Assembly (NCBI GenBank): GCA_002633005.1 | Contig: NMRA01000472.1 | Coordinates: 280,512 to 344,398 of the forward strand | DNA length: 63,887 nucleotides | Source of the DNA: Phoronis australis | Taxonomy: Eukaryota; Animalia; Phoronida | Reading direction: 5' to 3' | Part shown: positions 36,601-48,600 of the stretch, one piece after another | Position numbering within the stretch: position 1 is the stretch's first letter | Layout of the letters: each line of letters starts with the position of its first letter | Made by a program: the position numbers and the translations under genes | Notes under the pieces: model-generated | Database searches by the model: none | The model's input: only the letters and a program-made list of their open reading frames with translations | Told to the model about the DNA's origin: nothing

Positions 36601-39600
36601 GCCTTTGGGCACACGCAACATGACCACATTTGGTCAATCGGTGGGTCCTGGTCCATTAACCCCTACCTTGGATGGCGGATAGCATTAAAAATTGGAAGTC
36701 ATCTCATACAGGTTTTGAGCACACCCCAGACGACCAAATTTGGTCAAACAGGCGTGGCCATGTTGCTCAACTCTTACCTTGGTTGGCTGATAACGGTAGC
36801 CCTCTCTACAGATACAGCAGGTCAGACCAGTCTCTTCCTTAAGTTCATCAATGTCCTTCATCACAGCACTGTCCACAGTCACCTGACCTTGTTCATTAGT
36901 CTGAAGAATTACACGCAGTTCAATACACAACAACACAAACACAAAGATGACGATTTAACATAACCAAACCCCTGCTGCCCTCTGTGGATGCACCCAGTCA
37001 CTTACTGAATAGTATCGTAGTCAATAAGCATAAGGCTTGCCTTCACATCCACACGAACATTAGAGATAGCTACTTCATTTGAGTCATTGTGGTCTGGTAG
37101 ACACAGGGGTGAAATGATATTATCTAGCCTTGCCCGAGCCGTTCAACTTGACAACCCCAGGATGGTTGGTGAATGGGGTATAGATTAGCAGTTCTGTCAT
37201 GTCTTCGCTTCATCATTTAGAATCTTTAACAGTCTAATGAATCTGTTGTTTCCCTTTACACCTACTTTGTTATAGCTTCATCAACTAAATCATAGTGTTC
37301 AAGGTGTTACAGAAATGAACAGATTATTACTAAATCATAGTGTTCAAGTTGGTACAGAAATGAACAGATTATTACTAAATCATAGTGTTCGAGTTGTTAC
37401 AGAAACGAACAGATTATTACTAAATCATAGTGTTCAAGTTGTTACAGAAATGAAGAGATTATTACTAAATCATAGTGTTCAAGTTGTTACAGAAGTGAAC
37501 AGATTATTACTAAATCATAGTGTTCAAGTTGTTACAGAAGTGAACAGATTATTACAATATCGTAGTGTTCAAGTTGTTACAGAGATGAACATGTCAGATT
37601 ATTACTAAACCATAGTGTTCAAGTTGTTACAGAAATGAAGAGATTATTACTAAATCATAGTGTTCAAGTTGTTACAGAAGTGAACAGATTATTACTAAAT
37701 CATAGTGTTCAAGTTGTCACAGAAATGAACAGATTATTACTAAATCATAGTGTTCAAGTTGTCACAGAAATGAAAAGATTATTACTAAATCATAGTGTTC
37801 AAGTTGTCACAGAAATGAAAAGATTATTACTAAATCATAGTGTTCAAGTTGTTACAGATATGAACAGATTATTACTAAATCATAGTGTTCAAGTTGTTAC
37901 AGAAATGAATAGTCATTGGGTCTCGCCTGAGCCGTTCAATTTGATAACATACCCAGAAGGTTGGTGAATTGGGGAGAACAGTAGTTCTGCAATGTGCTGC
38001 CACCTTTTAGTCAGAGTAAACATTGTTGTTAAAGAACAACGTATACAAACTCGGCGTATACACCAATAACAGTGACCAAAGTGGACAATTCGACTCCAAA
38101 CTGGTTTCACAGCAACAGGCAAATTTTGATGGACAACTGTGAAGCCAGCTAACCGTTAAAGAATTATTTATAACAAGAATGCACTTCAATTCTGTCTAAA
38201 TGTGATCAAAATCCTGAATGCTTTTGACCCTGGACGTTTCCTGAAATTCTGCGCACTCCGACACAGACTGAAGGGCTGGACACAGTAACCTAGAATTCAT
38301 CTTTAATTGAAGGCTGACAACAGTTCTATCTAAAAGCTAAAATTCTGTCACAGTGCTAAGTAATTTTGACATGAAGTGCGTCCTTTGAAATCCGATACAC
38401 AACATGACAATGTACCACAACAGTTCTGATGTCATACTAACCTTCATTCCCAGCGAATCAAGTTGCTTCTTTCTCATCGCCATAGCGAGACGCTTCTTCT
38501 CAGCTTTAGTCTGTTGACGCACTTCTTCAATCTGAATAACAATGGCGTCTTAATAACAGCTACCTCTATTGCTGTTTAGTGTTACTACTGCATGGCAGAG
38601 GGTGACACTGTGACATGCATTGGAAGTTATAGGAAAGCGTCCTTTCTGTTAATATGCGAGTCTCTACAATAATCAGATACAACATCCTCGTATTTTGAGA
38701 GCCAGTTTGGTGTCCATTATTCAGTAAAGAAAACTCATCTGGTTCTCAAAATTCAAACACGTTATATCCGACCATTACCCGAGTCTCTGCATGATGAACT
38801 GATTCTGTCGCCCTCTACAGGCTGTCACTGGTTTTATGGATTGTCTTTGATGTTCTGTTGCTAGGATGCGTGTTGAAAGCTCTACTGTGGGTCAATATTG
38901 TTAGATGGCTTTGATTGTTTGTCCTGATGATGTTTGAGACATAAAAACATGCTGAAGTTGAAAAATGTCATTGTTTTAATTTATCAATTAGTGGTAATGA
39001 GTACTTGAAGGAAGATGACAGTTAGTCAAAAGCCATGGGTAGTAAGAAACTGACTATGATATGCACTTAACATCCTGATGGGTAGCAAGAAACTGACTAT
39101 GATTTGTACATAAATTCCTGATGGGTAATAAGAAACTGACTATGATAAGTACATGATATCCTAATGGGTAGTAAGAAACTGACTATGATAAGTACATGAT
39201 ATCCTGATGGGTAGTAAGAAACTGACTAATATGAACATAACATACTGATGCAGTTATTTACCCAGTGTTTGTGGGCATTCTAATTTTATAGCTAATCCAC
39301 ATGTGGAGGCAATTTTTTTCTTTGGTATTTTTAATAATTGGTGCTTTTAAGCACATGATACCAACTAAAATACAACATGGTTTAAGTTATGTAATACAAC
39401 AAAATCCAAAGTTAATGCCAATCAAAGTTCAAAATGTAGAACACACCTGCTCAGCCACCGCTCTGTTCTGTAAAGGGTGAACCAAAATATAGGTGTGCGC
39501 ATGTAACAACCCTGTGGCAAACCACTAACATTTAACTCTAAGAAGCACCCAAACGGCCAAACATTGCTTTACAGGTGCACAACTTGGCAGCACAACGCAA

Positions 39601-42600
39601 GTGTTCAATAGCACTGGTATCATTTCACGATGTCAACATCTTTTAACCAATTAAAAACAAGAAAGACATCAATAATCAACATTCTACCTCCCAAAATTGA
39701 GACACTGTCGGCCACTGTGCAATCTTAACCTTCAACTGATATGACCGGCATAGTGCATGAATGGAGACACCATGCGCTTGCCATGTGAGGCAACATTTCT
39801 CAAAGTCTCGCATGATCTCACCAAACTGTGAAGACACTAGCCCGTCCGACTGTACTCACCTTGGCTGCCACCTGGCTGTTCTGTTTCAGTGCTTCCATCA
39901 AGTTCTCGGCCAAAGTGCCCACCTGCTCATCTGATGAGATTTGCTCCAGTTTATGAAGCACGGCAATCAAGTCAGCACCAACTACCACCTGTGGAAATAA
40001 AGAATGAATCTATCAGGTGAGACACCATCAATTTTAAGAACTTACTCAAAGACAACTTTTTTTAAAATTGATGAGTTATGGCTGAAACTATTGTAACAAT
40101 TGAAAAAAACCTTAGAAGGAATTTGGTATGGAATTGGTCTGCACCACCATGAATACAAAATGCCATTTTCTCTTCTAGTTAGCTACATCAACAACAGATG
40201 GTGCAATCTCTTCTAGTTAGCTGAACCAACCATGGAGGTCAGTCAGTTCTAGACTGCTTCATCAAGAGTAGATAACACCGTGTAATGGTGCAGACAGCAC
40301 AAGACAGAAGTGTTCCCATCCTACCTGGCTGGTCACATGACCCTTGCACATGCCCGTCATCACACGCAGTGCATATTTCAGCGAGGGTTTGGCAATAAAG
40401 TCTTTCCAGTCTTCATAATCCGTTCTGGAATGAAGAAAAATTTAGCAATGGTGGAATATTGAACACCCAATCATGGAAACCATTACCATGATAGTAACTC
40501 ACTTCAGTCACAAACAATTAACATTTCACTGCCAGGCTGAAAAGTTAATAAATTTGAAAAAGATGCATTGCATGAAAAAGTACATCTCTTATTTTTGCAG
40601 ACTGAAATAGAAAATCGCTCTATTTGTCCCGGACTAACAAACCCAACTGACAGCTGCACACCACGCCCCTCGTACCATCCCTTAACCCCATTTCTTATAT
40701 CTACTCACCCCAACAGTGTCTTGATAGGCGGGGCATGTCTCTTGATGTAGCCCAGGGCATCCCTCACTATACCACTCTCAAGGATCATATCCTTCAACTT
40801 TGATCCATTGGCGTTCTCCTACAAATAAAGTGATAAGGCACACACTACGTTATATCACACACACAGAGTTAGCAATGCTCAAAGCAGGCCGATCAGAACA
40901 TGCCGGAGATCTGGTCGTTTCAAAAGAGCATCCACTGAGTCATGAACAGTTGCCACAGCAACAGAGAAGAGAGCCAAGATAATGATATCCAGTAAGTAAT
41001 AGCTCGTCGTCATGATACCATTAACCAAACCAAAACAATACTAGAAAACAACAAATTTAAAGCAACCAATAAGGCACCAAAAACATATAACAGGGACACG
41101 TTCTTTTTTCAGAGGTGATTTTGCATCCACGAAATGTCACCGTGGAGCTTATTTGGAAAAAATGATGGGGCTATTTTGGAAATTTGCATAGTCGATCACA
41201 GTGCAGCTGTGGGTTTTAAAAAAGCTGTAAGAGGGTGTCTGCATATGAGATCAGAAAATACCGGCAGGTGATTTGTTACTGAGTGCAAAGTTTTTATTGT
41301 TGACTTTTCTTTATCATGAATCGTACAGTAAATATGATTTTGAAACGTTCATTATGGACTTGATTTCACTTTTCAGCAGTTCGACGCCTCCAGTCAACCA
41401 GAACTGCTTAGTCCCTTTCAGGACTCAAATTGAGAAAATAATGACATCTTCCCCAATTTTCACACACATTTGTCCAGCGCCAGGCATGCAAAACGATCCC
41501 GAAAAAGCCCCATCAGTGTTTGTTTGGTTTTTTAAAATGAGCCCCCATGGGGGTTTTATGCTGGGTGGGGCTCCTTCGGAAACTCTCGGTAAAACCCCAT
41601 CAGCCATGAATGGAGATTAACTTTTGGATTTAAAACAACAACACAAAACTAGTCTCAGTTTGCTCCTTACTCCAATCTGAAGTGACATTTGGGTTTAAGA
41701 CAAACTGATGAACTGGTTGTCATAACCTACCTGTATGCCATTAGTGATAACACAGAAACATTCCAGGTGAATCTCTTCGTCAGGAGTGTGCTCAGCATCA
41801 AATCTAAAACAAGGGAGAGAGAAATGACTTAACCGCTGACCTTGAGTGAAGTGGGGACACCTACAGGTCACTCCATGACTTAACCCCTGACCTTAAGTGA
41901 AGTGGAGACACCTACAGGTCACTCCATGACTTAACCCCTGACCTTGAGTGAAGTGGGGACACCTACAGGTCACTCCATGACTTAACCCCTGACCTTGGGT
42001 GAAGTGGGGACACCTACAGGTCGCTCTAAGACTTGAACCCTGACGGAGGGATCCAAACTTTGGCTTCACATGTGACATGATATGGAAGGTTTACGGCTAT
42101 CAGAACATGAAAACCGATAATCATTACATACCAATCTCAAGTGTTATATTAGGTCACATGGATGGAAGGAAAGCAAGTGAGTGATCATGTGACAAAACAT
42201 GATCACCACATGGTGGTGAACACTTACTTGTCAAAGTTGAGGTAAGGCTGGAAGTGGTTGATAAGTATCATCATCTTGTTATCCTCGCCGAAGGCTAGGA
42301 AGGGGATGAGCTTCATGAGAGCCTCCAATACACTGGTGTTGGCGCGCACAAACGGGCTGTTGATACGGTCAAGCAACATGGTCAGCTGCTCAGTGTCACT
42401 GCACAACTTGGAGAACTCCTGAAACACACAGCATCAGCAGTGCGTGGTAAATGAAATAATTATACAGAATGACATATGCAGCTACTCAGTGAGAGCATAT
42501 ATGGTAAGAAGGCGGAGTCAGTGCCCATCATCACTTACTGTATACTTCTCCCACAGTGGGCTGCTGGCCTCAAACAGCATTTAAATTAATTTACTAAGTG

Positions 42601-45600
42601 GAACTCCAAATAATATATGGTAAAAAGGCGCAGTCAGTGCCTGTCACCACTTACTGTATACTGTTCCGGTGGTTAGCTGCTGGCCGCCAACGATATAATT
42701 ACAATAGTTAAACTGCACACCACACCCTTTTCCATAAGAAGGCGGAGTCAGTGCCAGTCACTACTTACTGTATACTGCTCCGGTGGCTGGCTGCTGGCCT
42801 CCAACAGTATAATTTCCATAATTTGTAGGATCTGTTCAGTCAGTGTCTGGCCTTTGGTGGAGATGCCACTCTCTTGTTCAGCTAGGAGAGCCTGGAATTG
42901 ACAGCGAATAAATATTCAGTGAACACCAATCACATCATTAAGTCATGCAGCCTATCAAATATGAAGACCACTGGGCATTGCAGGGTCAAGGCTGTATTCA
43001 AGTTCCACATATAAAAATGTCCAAATCGTTAAAGCACCTACAGGTGAGGGCAACACCAAAATGATTGCCTCACCAACTTGTAACACAAAGTGCATCAGGG
43101 AATCAATGCGATGCAGGTATGGCTTATTCACAGATTCAGTAATTAAAACGTTCATTCACTTACCAAGTTGAGTGCGCCCAACATGACACTGATCGTACGC
43201 AGTCGAGGTTTGATCAGCTCGACACGGTTGACCTTGACCTTGACACAGAAGTTGAACAGCTTGAGTAGGACAGTGATGAGCTGTCGACCGTGCACCATGT
43301 CACGGATTGCTGTCATACGGTGTAGCATCACCTGCAGGCAAGAGAGACATGTGCCATTTGAAGTAGGTCAGGCAACCAGTTGGCAATAAAGGTTGGCAGT
43401 AAAAGTTGGAAGCCTAAAAATAGCTGCAGCAGACCACAATAAAATTGGGTCTGCTGATGGTCAGTCGGCAGTCAAAGTTGGCAGTAGGAGTCGGCAGTGC
43501 GGTCGGCTGCCGGTCTGCTAAAAATCAGTAGACGGTCGGCTATTCTGTCAACCTTTCATCAACTTGTTTCAAGCTGGTAAGACAAAAAATTCATGACCTG
43601 TGCCGTAGCACTGAACAAGAATCTTATAATGCATGAAATAGGCACACAAAGTGAAACCACATTCTATAGACTGTAGATTTGAAAATAAAGTTGAAAAGGG
43701 TAATTGACGCTGATCTAACCTCCAAAGGAACAATAAAATATCGTCCTTCAAGTTGGCCATTGGAACTATTTTCCAAGTTTAGCTCATGGTCCAGGACATT
43801 ATCGCAGTGTAAACACACACTAAATAGTTCCTTGTCACGTAACTATACCTGCAACCCGCCACACTCGCTCATCACAGCGGCCATCTTGTAGACCTCCTCA
43901 TTGTCCACGTCCTGACCTTCACCATTGTCCAGCGAGTTGATCATGTCTTCCGTGGCATCACCTAGCAACCCACGCATGCGGTAAACCACCCGCATTGGCT
44001 CATTCTGCAAGGGTAAAAGGCGATGAATAATTTTACGATTAAGTGTCACAAAGTTGAAGATCGATCTTCTATTACTTGGTCATTGCAAGTGAATAACGCA
44101 AGCTTGCTTAGTATTAAAGGATAATTTGCCTGCTTTCAAGATAAATGGATGGTTTTTTGATTTCAAGAATAATCATCATATACATAAAAACTGATAAAGT
44201 TATATTATTCTGCAATGTCTAGTTTTTCAAAGGTTACTTTGTGCCAGAGAAGTGGTCACTCCAACAGCGAAGGTGATGGCAGAGCGACAGCCATCTTGGA
44301 TCCTTAATCTAGAGCAAGTCAAGCATAGCATTGCAGAAAGGTCTGAAGCCAGAAAGTGACTGTTCCTCGGTGTGATCCACAGACCAGACCCTATTGTAGA
44401 CATCTTACTAAACATCAGCTTCCCCAGTGGGATCACTCGTGAGAGAACGACTGAGAGAACCTCGATGTTACCAACAGACTAGACCTTCTTGCAGACATCC
44501 TATTACACACCAGCTCCCCCTATGGGAGCACTCATAAGTGCCCAGATATTCCTGTAGACATCCTACTAAACACCAGCTCCACCTGTGGGAGCGCTCATAA
44601 CTGACCGTACCTCAGTGTGATCCACAGACCACACCTTCTTGTAGACATCCTTGACTGGAAGATCCAGACTGATTATCTTGTTATTCACCAGCAACTGAAA
44701 GTACACATGACCTGGATAGTAAAGCATGTTCACCCAATTAATGCTTTCAACTCTGCATTTTTGAAGTGACATGTGTTGTTTTTCACCATGTTCTTTACAC
44801 ATCACCAAGTTATCTCTTATATCAACAGAGCAAACAATCGTACCACTATGTATTAGACGAAGTGAGAGAAGTGATGTCAATGAAATCAATTCAGCAAGCT
44901 GACATCTTCAATGGATCAAATTCGTTTCATAAGTCGTGAACTGACAGAACGATGTATAGTATTATCCTTAAGTTTAAACTTGTCTATTTCCAAAAGGTGG
45001 AGCTAGTCAAAACATCATACCTCCATTCCAGTATCATCTTCCAACAGTGCCACAAGTTCACAATCTGAAATTATAAACAACGGTATATCACAGATCAAAG
45101 AGGAGATCAACTGAACATACATGGTCTTCACACAGCACTCTGCGTCAAAACCTCCAGTTTCAAATAACAACAACAAGAAAACATATGAAGATACTCCGAA
45201 GTTTATTATCACCTAGTGTGACAGATGATAACAGCCAACAAACCTCCAAGTGTCAAACATTTATTTAACACAGACTTTACTATGGCCACAAATCCAAGTG
45301 AGACAGACGGTAACACAGTTGGCATGCCTCTGAGTGTGAAACAGTAATTAAGTCTTGGCCATACATCCAAGTGAGACAGTTGGTATCACAGACAGCATGC
45401 CTCTGAGTGTGAAACAGTAATTAAGTCTTGGCCATACATCCAAGTGAGACAGTTGGTATCACAGACAGCATGCCTACTAAACACCAGCTCCCTCTATGGG
45501 AGCACTCATGCCTCTGAGTGTGAAACATTAGCCTTCACTACCTTGACATATCTTGTTCTTCACATCTCTCATCAGGGGCCCAAGTCCTGGCTCGTTGGAG

Positions 45601-48600
45601 CTGTAGGGGTTGCCCACCATGCGCCCCTGAAGGAAGTCCTCTTGTTGCGGGTCCTTCTCCAGGGACATAAAGAACTCTCCTGTGTCATTCTCCTCCTACA
45701 AACCACATACAAGTCAAGATATGATACTACAGGCAACAGGACATAGCAGAACATGTGACACAGAATATATTGATAAGTCATGACAGGTCACTATAATCCC
45801 ATTTACCAGTCACAACAGGTCACCGAGAGCAAATATCACAAGAAACAAACTTTGTGTCTTATGCTGATTAAGTATTCAATAATTAGTTTTGCATAGAATA
45901 AAAAGCCTCAAAATACTTTTGAATTCATAAGGATTTCCATTACTGAGTAATTCAAGTTTGCTTCCTTTGCACTGAATACATGCCATATCTGGAAAAAGCA
46001 GGTCAGTCACAAAATTTCATGTGACCTTGACCTGCCACTTCAGCCTGGATTTGGCTATTAAAGCTGCGAGAAAAGAAAGAATTGCTTGAAAATTAATGTG
46101 TTGTAGAATAAAATGAAAGATTGTGGATGACTATTAAGTATCAGTTTCAAAAAATATGCTCATTTTTAATGCGTTACAGATGAGGCTAAAATAGTACCAA
46201 TGTCGCCGGCGACGACCTTAACAGCTGGCTATTTCTACACTTAGACTCAGGATTACTGCAGTTTTTGCATTTGAAAGTGTGCCTCAAATCACAGGTGGAC
46301 GCTAGTCTGAGCAGTGGGTGCTTGATGTTTTTAAACGTACTGCTCGGGCGCTTTGTGATTATGGACAATAAGTCCAATGTTAACGATAAAAAGCGAGTTT
46401 ATCAAGTGGACCAAATAACAAGCAGAATGTGTAGGCCTGATATACATGTAGGGAGACATCAAGTTTTGTTTGTTGAGCGGCATTAGGTACTTAATGTTTG
46501 AAAGGACAACAAACCCAGTTTTGGTCTATTAGCAGATAACGAAAACAACTTTCCCACCCTGTTCTCTGAAACAAAATAATGCTCAGTAACCATCAAAAGT
46601 TTAAAGCAAAATTGACAAACTCCTTACAAGGTCTCCTAGACGGGCAAGCGTGCCCCACGCTTTAGGCAACTTACACAACAACTGTAGGGAATATCACCTA
46701 GTATTAAGAACTATAATATCCAGTTAGTGACTCAAATGAATTTTCACTTGAATTCTGCTTTTATCATTCATGTTGGATAGCAGTGATGCATTAGAAGGTG
46801 GCAGAACGAGACCTTGATTGAAATCACCAAAACAGAATTAAGTAGCCTTTTAGCTAGACATAAAAAATAAAATTACATAATGCATAACACTAAATATTGT
46901 AACCTCTTACTGACTCTCAATCATCGTTATCCAATACAAATTATGTTAGTTATAAATCTGACCAGAGACGGCAGCACAATACTTACTGGGAAGATGATGC
47001 TACAGAGTCTCTCAAAGATGAAGACTGGTGACCTGAGGTCATCCAGGCCGTATTTGTTGACCGTCTCCACGCAGACGGACATGAACTCGCGCGTCTCACT
47101 GGCCGTTCCTAAAACAAGAGAATTAGATCAGTACAGTCACGTTAACATATCAGCTTATACGCTTCCTCTTGAGTCCCTAAGAATCATAAATGAACAAATC
47201 AATTGTATAGAGATCCCTATACCTTAGTCTACCGGTCTGCAGTCAACAGATGTCACTACAGTCAATTTCACCTACCCAATTTAGTCAAGTATTCCCACAG
47301 CTCCAATAATCTACCGAGAATCGTCAATCAACAGAGGTCACTACCGTCTCCTTCACCTACCCGTAGTCAAGTCTTCAAGTAGCTCCAACAATCTCTCCTG
47401 TGTGTCATCAATCAACTTGGTCCGCTGCACGACCAGCTTGCGCAGGGACAGATATCCGTTCAGAATGGTGCCCACCAGGCGGCTCTTGTACTGCTGTTTG
47501 ATTGATTCCATCTCCATTATGATTGACAAGAGGTCTGTGTATGCCTTCAGGGCATAGCCCTGTGAGAGGTCGGAGGTCAAGGTGGTCTCTTCCAGCAAGG
47601 TCAATTTTTCCACCTCCTGCGAATATTTTAAGTTATGAGACATGTTTAAGAACATTACCCTAATGTTCGGCCACATCCTGCAAATATTCAGAGTAACAGA
47701 AGTCCTGCAAACTGTATCAGCCTTGAAACATCCAGCAAAACGGAAATTTCATTTTATCAATGACAGTCCTCATACTTTGTACTAAAGTCAATCGGTCATA
47801 GTATTTCAAATCTTCTAGCTATAGTAACAGCAACACATTTCAACACTTCAAATCTTATAGTAATAATAATAATAATAGTTATAATAATAATAGTAACAAT
47901 AATAGTAACAAAGGTGATCTGATGCTTTCCAGGAAGCCTTGAAAAATTTTTCCACCTGGGTATGTCAGTGATTTCATGACTAGGCCAACCACACAGCCTT
48001 TATCTGTGTTTGTAACCAGATAACACTTTTTTTAGAATAGAATCAATTACACTTAATATCCTACAAAGTTGTTATTTACATCGAACCCATTTTTCACATG
48101 GTACAAACTAACGAAATTACCATCAGAGGTATACATATTTCTAATAAATCTTAAACCTTTTACAAACCAAGGCTTATAAAAAACACTAGTGCCTCCGATC
48201 GCCAAGTTACTATTAAACCACAAACTTAAGGTTGATTCAAAAAGTCCACATCACACTTCTTACACAGTCTAAGTTGTAAACATCTGTAGCTACACAGTCA
48301 GTCAGACACTAGAAGTCACATAAGTATGCAAAGCTTGGCAGTCTGTCAAACACTGTACCACTAGACACCGCCTCACCTTGGTAATGAGCCCGGCCATTCT
48401 CAGCAAGACCTTCTTCAGGGCCAGGTAGTACTTCCAGGGGAGAGGGGACATAAGTCTTTTGTAGAGCTGAAGGAAGTCCATGGCGTGTTCACCACGAGTA
48501 CTCAGCTCAGACAGGAAGCTGAAAAGACAAGAGTCACAAACTGAAGTCAATTTTAGTAGTTTGAAATGAGGACTTTAAAAAATGTTGAATAGCAGCCATC

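Noticed and set aside
37315-37967. ORFs with [15 protein letters not shown] repeats (LRR-like appearance)
   Set aside because: Translation of a 45-bp minisatellite antisense within a UBR4 intron; the frame breaks mid-array and there is no splice support.
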